Source: an uncultured Flavobacteriales bacterium (lineage in GTDB: Bacteria > Bacteroidota > Bacteroidia > Flavobacteriales_D > JABDKJ01). From it: 64,000 nucleotides of DNA. A program made the translations under genes and the position numbers. The stretch lies in assembly GCA_964609215.1 (NCBI GenBank), contig CAZSQZ010000009.1, positions 16,394 to 80,393 on the forward strand, in the 5' to 3' direction. The stretch's first letter is position 1. Each line of letters begins with the position of its first letter. A model generated the notes under the pieces. The model ran no database searches. It had not been told where the DNA came from and worked only from the letters and a program-made list of their open reading frames with translations. Of this stretch, positions 20,502-31,450 are shown piece after piece.

Positions 20502-21350
20502 ATGAAACTTTATTCTATAAATACAGGCTTCTTCAAGTTAGACGGAGGGGCTATGTTTGGAGTAGTCCCAAAATCAATATGGTCAAGAACAAATCCTGCA
20601 GACTCAAATAACATGTGCGATTGGGCAATGCGTTGTTTGTTATTAGAGGATGGAGAAAGATTAATGCTTTTTGATTGTGGAATTGGAGATAAGCAAAGCG
20701 AAAAGTTCTTTAGTTACTATTATTTATTTGGAGAAGATACGCTAGACTCCAACCTTGCAAAACACGGATTTTCAAGAAATGATATTACGGATGTTTTCTT
20801 TACGCATTTGCATTTTGACCATTGTGGTGGAGCAATTAAAAGAGATGGAGATTTACTGAAACCTTCATTTCCAAATGCACACTTTTGGAGTACCAAAAAC
20901 CATTGGGATGCAGCTCTGGAACCAAATGCGCGAGAAAAAGCCTCTTTTTTAAAAGAAAACATACTTCCAATTCAAGAGAGTGGGCAATTGAAATTCATTA
21001 ATAGAAAAGATGACTTCACGGAAAATGCATTTGATAATATTGATGTTCTTTTCGCAGATGGCCATACTGAAAGTCAAATGATTCCACACATAAAGTATAA
21101 GGATAAGACCATTGTATATATGGCAGATCTTTTGCCTTCTGTTGGGCATATTCCGCAGGCCTATGTTATGGGTTATGATACACGTCCTTTGATTACCTTA
21201 AAAGAGAAAAAGCGATTTCTGGAAAGAGCGGTAAAGGAGAATTTTATACTTTTTCTAGAACACGATCCAGAAAATGAATGTTGCACGGTTAAAATGACTG
21301 AAAAAGGTGTACGACTAGATCAAAAATTCAGTTTGTCATCTATTCTTTGA
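20502..21350 (+). CDS. MBL-fold metallo-hydrolase
   Basis: HxHxDH motif (THLHFDHCGG). Confidence 0.6.
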   Translation: MKLYSINTGFFKLDGGAMFGVVPKSIWSRTNPADSNNMCDWAMRCLLLEDGERLMLFDCGIGDKQSEKFFSYYYLFGEDTLDSNLAKHGFSRNDITDVFFTHLHFDHCGGAIKRDGDLLKPSFPNAHFWSTKNHWDAALEPNAREKASFLKENILPIQESGQLKFINRKDDFTENAFDNIDVLFADGHTESQMIPHIKYKDKTIVYMADLLPSVGHIPQAYVMGYDTRPLITLKEKKRFLERAVKENFILFLEHDPENECCTVKMTEKGVRLDQKFSLSSIL

Positions 21351-21880
21351 ATGTGATAAATGAGGTGAAGAAAATGTTAGCACTAAGAATCGCCACAAAA
21401 AAAGATGCATCGGAAATTGCTCAGTTGGGTGCAGTCGCATTTAAACATTATTTTGAAAATGATAATAACAGAGAAGAGCTTCTTCCTTATCTTAAGAAAG
21501 CTTTTTCCGAAGAAGCAATATTGAAAGAATTTGAGGCAGATAAAAACCACTTTTTACTTGCGGTTGAGGAAGACAAAGTATTGGGCTTTGCAAGGTTATG
21601 GGAGGATTTGGATGAAAATGCCCCTGATAACTCCTTGAAGATGGAACGTTTGTATTTATGGCCGAAAGAGGTAGGGAAGGGTGTGGGAGCCTTTTTAATG
21701 AGGCAATCCATAGAGCTTGCAAAATCGGAGGGATATAAAACACTTTGGTTGCAAGTGCTAAGACCGAACAAGTTGGCGCATGGCTTTTACCTAAAATGGA
21801 ATTTCGAAGAATTTCATCAATCACCCGGAAAATTTAAAGGTGATAATGAAATTGATTTATGGATGAAAAGAAAGATTTAA
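21347..21880 (+). CDS. GNAT family N-acetyltransferase
   Basis: Acetyl-CoA binding motif region (VGKGVGAFLM). 177 aa. Start overlaps the previous gene by 4 nt. Confidence 0.55.
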   Translation: MNVINEVKKMLALRIATKKDASEIAQLGAVAFKHYFENDNNREELLPYLKKAFSEEAILKEFEADKNHFLLAVEEDKVLGFARLWEDLDENAPDNSLKMERLYLWPKEVGKGVGAFLMRQSIELAKSEGYKTLWLQVLRPNKLAHGFYLKWNFEEFHQSPGKFKGDNEIDLWMKRKI

Positions 21881-22386
21881 GGTTTTTCTTTGGCTCTTGG
21901 ACCAAGTTCGATTACTTCTAAATCCCTGAGATTTCCGGCATCAATTTTAAACCGAAGTAAAGTTCTCATTTTGTGAAACCCGTGTCTTCCAGCAGCACCT
22001 GGATTCATGTATAACATTCTCAATCTCTTGTCCATTTGCACCTTGCAGATATGAGAATGACCACAAACAAAAATATCAGGCGGACTTGCTTTTAATGCTT
22101 CTCTAATTCTGTAATCATAAGCATAGACTGGACCACCAATATGGGTAATCCAAACTTTCATGCCCTCACAAATGAAACGATTGTGCAAGGGAAATTCGGA
22201 ACGTATTTTTGCATTGTCAATATTGCCATAAACCCCCTTTACAATTGCCAATTCTGCCAATTGATCCATTACTTCGATCTTGCCAATATCACCAGCATGC
22301 CAAATTTCATCTACCCCTTTGAAATGATGAAGTATTCTGTCATCCATATATGAATGCGTATCTGATATTAGTCCTATTTTTTTCAT
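21877..22386 (-). CDS. metallophosphoesterase (YfcE-like phosphodiesterase)
   Basis: MKKIGLISDTH...GDIG...GHSH motifs of the calcineurin-like phosphoesterase fold. Confidence 0.65.
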   Translation of the reverse strand: MKKIGLISDTHSYMDDRILHHFKGVDEIWHAGDIGKIEVMDQLAELAIVKGVYGNIDNAKIRSEFPLHNRFICEGMKVWITHIGGPVYAYDYRIREALKASPPDIFVCGHSHICKVQMDKRLRMLYMNPGAAGRHGFHKMRTLLRFKIDAGNLRDLEVIELGPRAKEKP

Positions 22387-22531
22387 TTAGTTAAAGAACC
22401 TACTTGCTTATTAGAAATCCTATTGCTAGAGAGGTACCATAGCCTTTGAAGACAAAAATCAATTTCGTCAAAAATAGAAGCAAAATGAAAATATTGAGAA
22501 TATCCCACGGAAAAAATCGCACTTTTGCGAA

Positions 22532-23281
22532 GTGGCAAGGTATTTCTTGAAAATAGCGTATGATGGCAGCCAATATCACGGATGGCAAGTCCAGGAAAAT
22601 GCACATTCCATTCAAGCTGAAATAAATGGAGCATTACAAAAGCTATTAAGCGATAAGGAAATTTATGTTGTGGGTTGCGGAAGAACTGATGCGGGCGTGC
22701 ATGCGAGTGAATTTTTTCTGCATTTTGATACGGAAAAGGATTGTAGTAACAGAGAAAATTTGATCTATCGTTTGAATCAAATTTTACCTAAGGATATTGT
22801 GGTATTCGATTGGATTAATGTTGCAAATGAAGCACACAGTAGATTTGATGCTTTATCAAGGACCTATCAATATCATATCATTCAATTTAAAAACCCTTTT
22901 AACCAAGACTATGCAGCTTTTTTTCCGAAAGGATTGAATTTGGATAAAATGAATGAAGCCGCTGGTATTCTTGAGTGTTATAAGGATTTTACTTCATTTA
23001 GTAAGTTGCACACAGATACACATACCAATGATTGTGAGGTGCATTATGCTAAATGGTTCGTTCAGGAAGATGAGCTTATATTTGAAATAAAAGCAAATCG
23101 CTTTTTACGAAATATGGTGCGCGCTTTGGTAGGAACATGTATTGAAGTGGGTAAGGGAAAAATGGAAATAGATTCCTTTAAGAAAGTTATAGAAGCAAAA
23201 GATAGAAGCCAAGCAGGTAGTTCTGTCCCAGCGAAAGGATTGTTTCTGACCAAGGTTGAATATGATTATGTTGGTTCCTAG
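22532..23281 (+). CDS. truA: tRNA pseudouridine(38-40) synthase
   Basis: YDGSQYHGWQVQ N-terminal motif and catalytic GCGRTDAGVHA block. Confidence 0.8.
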   Translation: MARYFLKIAYDGSQYHGWQVQENAHSIQAEINGALQKLLSDKEIYVVGCGRTDAGVHASEFFLHFDTEKDCSNRENLIYRLNQILPKDIVVFDWINVANEAHSRFDALSRTYQYHIIQFKNPFNQDYAAFFPKGLNLDKMNEAAGILECYKDFTSFSKLHTDTHTNDCEVHYAKWFVQEDELIFEIKANRFLRNMVRALVGTCIEVGKGKMEIDSFKKVIEAKDRSQAGSSVPAKGLFLTKVEYDYVGS

Positions 23282-23429
23282 TTCCTAGTTTGGGATTACT
23301 AATTCCTAATAATTAACCACTAACTATCCATTCAGCTATTAATCATTAACCATTAATTCTCAATTATTACCATAAGTCTTAACAGACTACTCCAAAAAAA
23401 TCCAATAAAGCAATTATCTTCGTGCTCTG

Positions 23430-25190
23430 ATGGCGGCAGTAAGCGGAAAGGCATTTGATTCACAGATTTTTTGGCGGTTAATGAGCTATGCAAGACCTTA
23501 TCGCATAAGGTTTTGGCTGACCCTTGGTTTAACCCTTTTTTTAGCGACTATTGGTCCTTTAAAGCCTTATCTTATCATCCTTATTGTCAACGATTATATC
23601 GCAACAAAGGATATCGCAGGGCTGACGAACTGGTCCTTAATATATGTTGGAATCATTATTATTGAATCTCTGGTTACTTTCTTTCAGACCTATTCCGCAA
23701 ATTGGATAGGACAAAATATTATTCGTGATCTTCGAGTGAGTTTATATAATCATGTAGTTAATTTTAAACTCAAGTACTTTGACAATACGCCCATAGGAAG
23801 ATTGGTCACTAGGTGTGTTTCTGACATAGAAACTATTGCAGAAGTTTTCTCTTCTGGCATTTTGGTAATCATTGGAGATATTTTGAAATTGATCGTGATT
23901 GTTCTGATCATGTTTTTGGTGAATTGGAAGTTTGCGTTGGTAGTATTAATTCCTGTACCCGTTCTTATTGTTGCCACCCGTATTTTTAAGAATGCTATTA
24001 AATCAGCTTTTCAGTCTGTTCGAACTGAAGTTTCTCGTTTGAATACTTTCGTTCAAGAACATATTACTGGAATGAGCGTTATTCAGATTTTCAATAGAGA
24101 AAAAGAAGAACAAAAGAAATTTAGAGATATAAACAAAAGACATAGAGACGCCCACATAAAATCTGTTTGGGCTTATTCTATCTTCTTTCCTGTTGTTGAA
24201 ATTTTGAGTGCGATGTCAGTGGCCTTGCTGATATTTTGGGGGATAAAAGCAATAGATGATCCTATTGTATTAAAGCAAGACATATTTGGGCAAATTGTAG
24301 GCTTTGTAATGTTCATTTTTATGATGTACCGGCCCATTCGACAATTAGCAGATCGTTTCAACGTTTTGCAGATGGGAATGGTTGGAAGCGAACGTGTTTT
24401 TGAAGTTCTGGATACGGAATCTTCAATTGCCGAAGATGCTGAATTAAATGACTTAAAGATTCAAGGCAACATTTCATTTAAAGATGTTTGGTTTGCATAT
24501 GTTGAAGAGAATTATGTGCTTAAGAATATTTCTTTCGATCTAAAGGCTGGAGAGACCATAGCCTTTGTTGGGGCAACTGGTGCAGGAAAATCATCTGTGA
24601 TCAATTTGTTGAGTCGTTTTTATGAATTTCAAAAAGGGGAGATATTGGTAGAAGGGAGAGACTTAAGAAGTTTAGATAAGAACTTCCTTAGAAAGAATAT
24701 TGCTGTGGTGCTGCAAGATGTATTCCTCTTCTCGGATTCTATCTTGAATAATATTACCCTTAATGATCCCAGTATTGACTTTGAACAAGTTGTAGCTGCT
24801 GCAAAAGCAGTTGGAGCCCATGATTTTATTATGAAATGCCCAGGTGGATACGACTATGATGTGAAGGAAAGAGGAGCAATGCTTTCAGTAGGACAGCGTC
24901 AACTTATTTCGTTTATCAGAGCCTATGTGCATGACCCCAAGATTTTGGTTTTAGATGAAGCAACAAGTTCAGTGGATACAGAGAGCGAGATATTGATTCA
25001 AAATGCAATTGAAAAACTGACAGAAAACAGAACATCCATAGTTATTGCTCACCGACTTTCAACCATCAAAAGAGCAAATAAGATTATAGTCTTAGAACAA
25101 GGAGAAATTATCGAGCAAGGAACCCATTCAGAGTTAATTAATGCTAATGGCCACTACAAAAAACTGTATGATCTGCAGTTTAAACATTGA
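23430..25190 (+). CDS. ABC transporter, fused permease/ATP-binding exporter (MsbA-like)
   Basis: Six-TM N-terminal domain. C-terminal NBD with Walker A (GATGAGKSS), signature (LSVGQRQL), Walker B (LVLDEATS) and H-loop. Confidence 0.75.
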   Translation: MAAVSGKAFDSQIFWRLMSYARPYRIRFWLTLGLTLFLATIGPLKPYLIILIVNDYIATKDIAGLTNWSLIYVGIIIIESLVTFFQTYSANWIGQNIIRDLRVSLYNHVVNFKLKYFDNTPIGRLVTRCVSDIETIAEVFSSGILVIIGDILKLIVIVLIMFLVNWKFALVVLIPVPVLIVATRIFKNAIKSAFQSVRTEVSRLNTFVQEHITGMSVIQIFNREKEEQKKFRDINKRHRDAHIKSVWAYSIFFPVVEILSAMSVALLIFWGIKAIDDPIVLKQDIFGQIVGFVMFIFMMYRPIRQLADRFNVLQMGMVGSERVFEVLDTESSIAEDAELNDLKIQGNISFKDVWFAYVEENYVLKNISFDLKAGETIAFVGATGAGKSSVINLLSRFYEFQKGEILVEGRDLRSLDKNFLRKNIAVVLQDVFLFSDSILNNITLNDPSIDFEQVVAAAKAVGAHDFIMKCPGGYDYDVKERGAMLSVGQRQLISFIRAYVHDPKILVLDEATSSVDTESEILIQNAIEKLTENRTSIVIAHRLSTIKRANKIIVLEQGEIIEQGTHSELINANGHYKKLYDLQFKH

Positions 25191-25384
25191 ATATATCCAA
25201 GTACCCTTCGAGAACCTCAAGGTACTAGGTAGGACTCTCAAGATTGCACCCTGAAGTTCTCGAAGGGTGCTCACTAAGACTCTTCGAGGGGGTGTTCACA
25301 AAGTTCTCTAAATAGCTCACTGAATAATTGAAGTTTCTCACTGCGACTCTCAAAGAATACACCCTGAGGTTCCCGAAGGGTGCT
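25191..25384. repeat. intergenic cluster of imperfect direct/inverted repeats (CACCCTGAxGTTCxCGAAGGGTGCTCACT family)
   Basis: Two ~45-nt imperfect direct copies at ~25248-25293 and ~25357-25402. An inverted partial copy (GTACCCTTCGAG) is at ~25200. The pieces recur as CTCGAAGGGTG with its complement CACCC(T)TCGAG. Confidence 0.55.
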
Positions 25385-26166
25385 CACTGAGGCTCTCGAA
25401 GTGAGATTTCACTTAGATTCTCAAAATCATAAAGTTTAGCATCCATTAAGTGAGAAGGTGAAACATTTTTAATTGCGTTGAAAATCACCTCTTTTCTTCC
25501 GGGTTGCATTTCTTCCCATTCTGCTAGCATTTTCTTCACTCTTTGTCTTTGCATGCCATCTTGAGAACCACAAAGTGTACAAGGAATAATTGGAAATTCC
25601 ATATGCTCTGCATATTCCGCAATCATTGCTTCTTTACAATATGCCAAGGGACGCAGAACAATATGTTTGCCATCATCGGTTCTGTACTTTGCGGGCATAG
25701 CCTCCAACTTTCCGCTGAACATCAAGTTAAGAAATAGTGTTTCAATAATATCTTCCCTATGATGACCAAGAGCCAATTTATTACAACCCAACTCCTCTGC
25801 TGCTGAGTAAAGCGTTCCTCTTCTCAATCGTGAGCAAAGGCTACACATCGTTTTTCCTTCAGGTGTTTTGTCAACCACAATAGAATACGTGTCTTTTTCT
25901 ACAATCTTATAGTTGACTCCAATTTTTTCAAAATAATTGGGTAAGATTTCTTCAGGAAACCCGGGTTGTTTTTGGTCCATGTTTACCGCAATAATTTCAA
26001 AATCATAGATTTCTGTAGCTTGCACATGCATGAGCATATCCAGCATAGTATAGCTGTCTTTTCCACCCGAAATGCACACCATTATGCGGTCACCTTTCTC
26101 AATCATGTTGAAGTCCTTAATAGCACTCCAAACTTTTTTCCTTAATTTCTTTTGAACCTGTTCCAA
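25384..26166 (-). CDS. ttcA: tRNA 2-thiocytidine(32) synthetase
   Basis: PP-loop SGGKDS motif. CxxC pairs (CSLC, CTLC). Confidence 0.7.
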   Translation of the reverse strand: MEQVQKKLRKKVWSAIKDFNMIEKGDRIMVCISGGKDSYTMLDMLMHVQATEIYDFEIIAVNMDQKQPGFPEEILPNYFEKIGVNYKIVEKDTYSIVVDKTPEGKTMCSLCSRLRRGTLYSAAEELGCNKLALGHHREDIIETLFLNLMFSGKLEAMPAKYRTDDGKHIVLRPLAYCKEAMIAEYAEHMEFPIIPCTLCGSQDGMQRQRVKKMLAEWEEMQPGRKEVIFNAIKNVSPSHLMDAKLYDFENLSEISLREPQ

Positions 26167-26218
26167 TGTGATGTAAAGGTAGTTTTTTAAATATCAAATT
26201 GATTAAAGAAGAAGGCTC

Positions 26219-29023
26219 TTAATCTTTGAATTTCCCTTTTAAATACCTTCCGGTAACCGATTTCTTTTCCTTCATCGCATCCTCAGGTAAACCCTCAAAA
26301 ACAATATGTCCTCCTTCTTCACCACCCACAGGCCCTAGGTCAATCATCCAGTCCGCACATTTGATAACATCTATATTGTGCTCAATAACAATAACCGAAT
26401 GGCCTTGGTCAATCAATGCGAAAAGGGAGATCAATAATTTTCGGACATCATGAAAGTGCAAACCTGTTGTGGGTTCGTCAAAGATAAATAGGGTCTTTTC
26501 GGCTTTTTCCTTTTTGGATAAGAAGGATGCCAGTTTAATTCTTTGTGCTTCACCTCCTGATAATGTACTTGATGCCTGACCTAATTGCACATATCCCAAA
26601 CCAACATCTTGTAGTGGTTTTAATTTATTCAAGATTTTTTTGGAATAACTATTCTCTTCTATTTTGAAAAACACGATGGCTTCATCAACCGTCATTCTTA
26701 AAATTTGAGAGATGTTTTTATCGTGATATTCAACTTCTAAAACTTCTTCTGAAAAACGTTTGCCTCTGCATGTCTCGCATTCCAGAGTAATGTCTGCCAT
26801 GAATTGCATTTCAATCTTTACACTTCCCTCACCTTCGCAAGTTTCGCACCTTCCTCCGGAAACGTTAAATGAAAAATGGCTGGCTTTATAGCCCCTTATT
26901 TGCGCCAGTTGTTGTTTGGAAAACAAAGTTCTTATTTCGTCAAAAGCTTTGACATAGGTTACCGGATTGGAACGCGATGATTTCCCAATTGGATTTTGAT
27001 CAACAAATTCAACAGCGCCAATTCTGGAAAAATTTCCATTCATTTCGGAATACTCGCCAACTGCATCTGCATAGTTTCCTAATTTTCTTTGCACAGCAGG
27101 GTAGAGGATGTCTTTTATCAAAGATGTTTTCCCTGAACCACTTACTCCAGTTACCACAGTAAGATTACCCAAAGGGATTTTTACATCTACATTTTTTAGA
27201 TTGTTCTCTCGCGCACCTTTTATTTCAATGCATTCCTTCCAAGTTCTTTTCTTTTTAGGAACGGGAATAATTTCTCTACCCGTTAAATACTTTGCTGTTA
27301 AACTTTCTTTTTGATCAATCAACTCAGCATGAACTCCTTCAAAAACAACTTCACCACCATGATGGCCAGCTCCTGGCCCCATGTCGATAATGCGATCTGC
27401 AGCTTTCATCATTTCTTCATCATGTTCAACTACTATCACAGTATTTCCTAAATCTCTCAGGGACTTAATCACGGATATCAAACGCTCGGTATCATGTGAA
27501 TGAAGACCTATACTCGGTTCATCAAGAATGTACATTGAACCGACTAAATTACTACCTAGAGAAGTTGCCAAATTGATGCGTTGAGACTCTCCACCAGAGA
27601 GCGTATTCGATCTCCTGTTTAAGGTTAAATAACCTAGTCCAACATCGCATAGGTACTCAAGCCTGTTTTTTACCTCTATTAATATTCTTGAAGCAATTGC
27701 TTCATCATGTTTGCTGAGTTGGATGTCCTGAAAAAATTGAGAACATTTGGCGACAGCAATTTCCGTAAGTTCGTTTATGGATTTACCATCCACTTTGACA
27801 TTATTGGTATCTGCTCTCAGCCGACTTCCTTTGCATTCGGGGCAGGTAGTTTTACCTCTGTAGCGTGAAAGCATTACTCGATATTGAATTTTGTAAGACT
27901 TGGATTCTACATATTCGAAGAAAGCATTTAAGCCATCAAAATGCTCATTACCCGACCATAGTAGTGCTATTTCCTCTTCACTAAGTTCATGAATGGGGCG
28001 GTGAATGGGAAAGTTAAATTTATCAGCTGCCATCATCAACTGATCCTTCCATAAACCCATTTTCTCTCCTTTCCAACAAACAATAGCTCCATCAAAAACC
28101 GAAAGTGTTTTGTTGGGAATTACCAAATCAGGATCAATACCTATTACCGATCCAAAACCTTCACAAGTTTGACATGCACCTAGAGGATTGTTAAAAGAGA
28201 AAAAATGCACACTGGGTTCAGTAAAAGTTATTCCATCAAGCTCAAATTTGTTGCTATAGTTTTTTTCGATATGCTTTTCTTCAAGGTCATATAAAAGAGA
28301 GATTTCACCCCTTCCTTCAAAGAAAGCTGTTTCCAAAGAGTCCCCAATACGACTCAAATTTTCTTCACTTCGTTCAGCAGTAAATCGATCAATAACCAAT
28401 TGAACATCTCCTTTAGGAATTCTTTCGATATGCTGTATCTTTTCAATTTTACCATTGACTATTAATCTCACATAACCTTGCAACTCAAGAACTTTAATCT
28501 GTTCTTTTAAGCTTCTGTCGCCTGTATATATCGGTGCGATTAATACTATGCGAGTAGCTTCGGGTAATTTTATGATATCCTCCACGACATCTTCAACACG
28601 ATCTCTTTTTACTTCTTTTCCCGAAACAGGAGAAATGGTTTTGCCTATTCTGGCAAATAACAATTTGAGATAATCGTAAATTTCTGTTGCTGTTCCCACT
28701 GTTGAGCGAGAATTTCTCGAAACTACTTTTTGCTCAATAGCTATGGCAGGAGAAATGTTTTCTATTTGATCTACATCTGGCTTATCAAGCCTGCCAAGGA
28801 ATTGTCTTGCATAGGAAGAAAGGCTTTCAACATACCTTCTTTGCCCCTCTGCATATAACGTGTCAAAAGCCAAAGAAGATTTCCCTGATCCTGATAGTCC
28901 AGTTACCACAACCAATTTGTTTCTGGGGATACCAACTGTAACATTCTTAAGATTATGCACTCGCGCGCCTTTAATCTTTATTTCAGCAATCTCTTTTTTC
29001 TCCTGTATGGCTGCTTTCGGCAT
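26219..29023 (-). CDS. uvrA: excinuclease ABC subunit A
   Basis: 934 aa. Two ABC ATPase modules (GLSGSGKSS and GVSGSGKTS Walker A). Zinc-finger CxxC pairs. Signature LSGGE motifs. Confidence 0.9.
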   Translation of the reverse strand: MPKAAIQEKKEIAEIKIKGARVHNLKNVTVGIPRNKLVVVTGLSGSGKSSLAFDTLYAEGQRRYVESLSSYARQFLGRLDKPDVDQIENISPAIAIEQKVVSRNSRSTVGTATEIYDYLKLLFARIGKTISPVSGKEVKRDRVEDVVEDIIKLPEATRIVLIAPIYTGDRSLKEQIKVLELQGYVRLIVNGKIEKIQHIERIPKGDVQLVIDRFTAERSEENLSRIGDSLETAFFEGRGEISLLYDLEEKHIEKNYSNKFELDGITFTEPSVHFFSFNNPLGACQTCEGFGSVIGIDPDLVIPNKTLSVFDGAIVCWKGEKMGLWKDQLMMAADKFNFPIHRPIHELSEEEIALLWSGNEHFDGLNAFFEYVESKSYKIQYRVMLSRYRGKTTCPECKGSRLRADTNNVKVDGKSINELTEIAVAKCSQFFQDIQLSKHDEAIASRILIEVKNRLEYLCDVGLGYLTLNRRSNTLSGGESQRINLATSLGSNLVGSMYILDEPSIGLHSHDTERLISVIKSLRDLGNTVIVVEHDEEMMKAADRIIDMGPGAGHHGGEVVFEGVHAELIDQKESLTAKYLTGREIIPVPKKKRTWKECIEIKGARENNLKNVDVKIPLGNLTVVTGVSGSGKTSLIKDILYPAVQRKLGNYADAVGEYSEMNGNFSRIGAVEFVDQNPIGKSSRSNPVTYVKAFDEIRTLFSKQQLAQIRGYKASHFSFNVSGGRCETCEGEGSVKIEMQFMADITLECETCRGKRFSEEVLEVEYHDKNISQILRMTVDEAIVFFKIEENSYSKKILNKLKPLQDVGLGYVQLGQASSTLSGGEAQRIKLASFLSKKEKAEKTLFIFDEPTTGLHFHDVRKLLISLFALIDQGHSVIVIEHNIDVIKCADWMIDLGPVGGEEGGHIVFEGLPEDAMKEKKSVTGRYLKGKFKD

Positions 29024-29282
29024 AGTATTTGTTGCTATCTTAACAGAAATTAACGCACGAAATTAGACCTTTATATTGACATTTAGGGTAAAAGAGTCTA
29101 AGTTTGTATAGTAATTGCATCGGAGGCAAAAAAAAATTGCTAAACATGTAATAAAATTTAAAATTTTGCGTTTAAATAAAAAGCGCAAGCTTATTGTCTA
29201 ATTAAAACAGAAAGAATTATTGCATAAAACTCTACTTTAAAAAGAAAGTTTTTTTACGAATTAATTAAAGAGAGGAATTATT

Positions 29283-29870
29283 ATGCAAAGTTCTGGATTA
29301 GCCGATCAGGTTCTGATCAAAAAGTACATCAACGGTAACGAAAAAGCATTTGAGGTGTTATTAAATCGCCACAGAAATAAGGTGTATACACACGTTTATT
29401 TAATGGTGAGAGATAATGACCTTGCAGATGATATTTTTCAAGACGCATTTATTAAGGTTATAAATACCTTAAAGTCAGGTAAATATAACGAAGAAGGAAA
29501 GTTTCTTCCCTGGGTAATTCGAATTGCGCATAATCTGGTTATTGATCATTTTAGAAAATCTAAGAAAATGCCAAAAGTGCGTGAAGATGAGGAATATAGC
29601 CCCTTTGCCACCATTGAAAATGAGGACATGAATGTTCAGGATGAAATGATTACTGATCAAATTCATTCAGATTTGAAACATTTGGTCGAATTATTACCAG
29701 ATGAACAGAAGGAGATTATACTTCTAAGACATTATATGGGTATGAGTTTTAAGGATATTGCGGATAGAACTAACGTGAGTATTAATACTGCTCTTGGTCG
29801 CATGCGTTATGCTTTAATTAACCTTCGAAAGATGGTTGAAGAAAAAGAAATCATTCTTACCCAATCATAA
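29283..29870 (+). CDS. RNA polymerase ECF-type sigma-70 factor
   Basis: Region 2 (FQDAFIKV...WVIRIAHNLVIDHFR) and region 4 HTH (SFKDIADRTNVSINTALGRMRYAL). Confidence 0.75.
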   Translation: MQSSGLADQVLIKKYINGNEKAFEVLLNRHRNKVYTHVYLMVRDNDLADDIFQDAFIKVINTLKSGKYNEEGKFLPWVIRIAHNLVIDHFRKSKKMPKVREDEEYSPFATIENEDMNVQDEMITDQIHSDLKHLVELLPDEQKEIILLRHYMGMSFKDIADRTNVSINTALGRMRYALINLRKMVEEKEIILTQS

Positions 29871-29933
29871 TTTGATTTCATTTTATAGAGATCGAATTAT
29901 GCAATAATTTGGTTAGTTTTGGTTAGTTCGGAA

Positions 29934-29970
29934 GGCCCCATGGAGAATATCTGTGGGGCTTTTGTTTTGT
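29934..29970 (+). terminator. rho-independent terminator downstream of the sigma factor gene
   Basis: GGCCCCA...TGGGGC hairpin followed by TTTTGTTTTG. Confidence 0.6.
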
Positions 29971-30077
29971 CTTGGTACTTATTGTTCTTGAAAAAATATT
30001 TTCGTTTCGAACCTCGAGCGAAGCTGAGAGGTACGAAATGATAGAATTTAACTACGATTTTTTAGTTCCAATTTGAC

Positions 30078-31088
30078 TCAAATAGAAATGCTTGCAAGAG
30101 AAATATTCCTCGGCTGATAATTCTTTGCAGTTTCTGCCATAGCTCGAATATGATCTGGAGTTGTTCCGCAGCATCCACCTAAAATATTTACTAAGCCATC
30201 CTTTAAATATTCTTCAACTTGATTTTTCATTTGCTCAGGGCTCTCATCGTATTCCCCCATTTCATTAGGTAAACCAGCATTTGGATAAGCAGAAACAAAT
30301 ACATTAGACTTTCTTGCAAGTACTTTTACATAAGGAGTCAATTGATCAGCACCTAAAGCGCAATTGAAACCGATAGAGAGTAGATTGATGTGTGACAATG
30401 AAATAAGAAAGGCCTCTGCAGTTTGCCCAGAAAGTGTTCTTCCGCTTGCATCTGTGATTGTTCCTGACGCCATTAAGGGAAGTTCAACATTCTTTTCTCT
30501 AAAGACTTGTTTGATGGCAAAAAAAGCTGCTTTGGCATTTAAAGTGTCAAAAATGGTTTCAACCAGCAACAAATCGGCTCCACCATCAATTAATCCTCGG
30601 GCTTGTTCAGAATATGCATCAACCAATTCGTTAAATGTAATCGCTCGATACCCAGGGTCATTTACATCAGGTGATAATGATGCTGTTTTATTGGTAGGTC
30701 CTAGTGCTCCTGCAACCCATCTAGGCTTTTCTGGATTTTCTTCCGTCTTCTTTTTAGTTGCTCTTTTTGCTATTTCTGCAGCAGCTTTATTTAATTCATA
30801 AACAACAGATTCCAATCCGTAATCTGCTTGTGCGATACTGGTTCCACTAAAGGTGTTGGTTTCAATAATGTCTGCTCCTGAATCTAAAAATTCTTTATGA
30901 ATTCCTTCAATGATCTCAGGCTTTGTTAAACAAAGAATATCATTGTTCCCTTTTAAAGGATGCGTGTGATTCTTGAAAATGTCACCGCGAAAACCTTCTT
31001 CACTCAAAGGGTGTTTTTGAATCATAGTTCCCATGGCACCATCCAAGATGAGAATGCGATCTTCTAAAACTTTGCGTATATCAACCAT
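30078..31088 (-). CDS. homocysteine S-methyltransferase family protein (MetH N-terminal-like / MmuM-like, Zn-dependent)
   Basis: ILDGAMGT N-terminal motif. C-terminal GGCCGTTPDHI zinc-ligand block of Pfam S-methyl_trans-type enzymes. 336 aa, stand-alone. Confidence 0.65.
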   Translation of the reverse strand: MVDIRKVLEDRILILDGAMGTMIQKHPLSEEGFRGDIFKNHTHPLKGNNDILCLTKPEIIEGIHKEFLDSGADIIETNTFSGTSIAQADYGLESVVYELNKAAAEIAKRATKKKTEENPEKPRWVAGALGPTNKTASLSPDVNDPGYRAITFNELVDAYSEQARGLIDGGADLLLVETIFDTLNAKAAFFAIKQVFREKNVELPLMASGTITDASGRTLSGQTAEAFLISLSHINLLSIGFNCALGADQLTPYVKVLARKSNVFVSAYPNAGLPNEMGEYDESPEQMKNQVEEYLKDGLVNILGGCCGTTPDHIRAMAETAKNYQPRNISLASISI

Positions 31089-31323
31089 TTTGTTTTTCAG
31101 CTTGACGCACTTTATACATATTGAAAAAAAGAATGCCTAAAAGTATATAAGGAATAACCATTAAAATGTAAATCCCCTTGTTTATTCCGTTTCCCATTTC
31201 AACTTTATTGACAGGCGTCATTCCACTTTCAACAACAGCCTTGCACATGGAACATTGGGCGTCTATATCTATGCTCAAGAAAAAAGAGAAAACAAATAAT
31301 ATGATGATGATTTTACCTTTCAT
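31081..31323 (-). CDS. small predicted secreted/membrane protein
   Basis: 80 aa. Signal peptide, a CxxC pair (CSMC) and a C-terminal transmembrane helix. Overlaps the downstream gene start by 8 nt. Confidence 0.3.
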   Translation of the reverse strand: MKGKIIIILFVFSFFLSIDIDAQCSMCKAVVESGMTPVNKVEMGNGINKGIYILMVIPYILLGILFFNMYKVRQAEKQNG

Positions 31324-31399
31324 ATTTAATAAACAAAGGTAGGGAATTAAGGTTTTGATTTATTAAATAGTGCTGACAGTTTTGTTCGCTTTTATGAGT

Positions 31400-31433
31400 A
31401 CAAAAAAAGCGAGATTGCCTTGGCAATCTCGCT
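31400..31433 (-). terminator. rho-independent terminator for the SPFH gene
   Basis: GCGAGATTGCC..GGCAATCTCGC hairpin. On the minus strand it is followed by TTTTTTT. Confidence 0.6.
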
Positions 31434-31450
31434 TGTGGAACAAATTATAA

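Noticed and set aside
22383-22634. 83-aa and 71-aa minus-strand ORFs between the metallophosphoesterase and truA genes
   Set aside because: They overlap the truA start region and probable promoters. Their hydrophobic low-complexity translations are typical of AT-rich intergenic DNA.
23282-23429. AT-rich degenerate repeats (TAATTCCTAATAATTAACCA / ATTAATCATTAACCATTAATTCTCAATTATTACCA) downstream of truA
   Set aside because: They are low-complexity AT-rich variations without clear periodicity. They are more likely a promoter/UP-element-like region for the following ABC gene than a discrete repeat element.
29934-29960. Similarity between the terminator hairpin at 29934 (GGCCCCATGGAGAATATCTGTGGGGC) and the palindrome at 45845 (ACCCCACAGTATCTGTGGTT)
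   Set aside because: They share only about 11 nt (CCCCACAG.TATCTGTGG-like). Both are short palindromes whose similarity is plausibly coincidental. It is not enough for a repeat family call without a genome-wide count.
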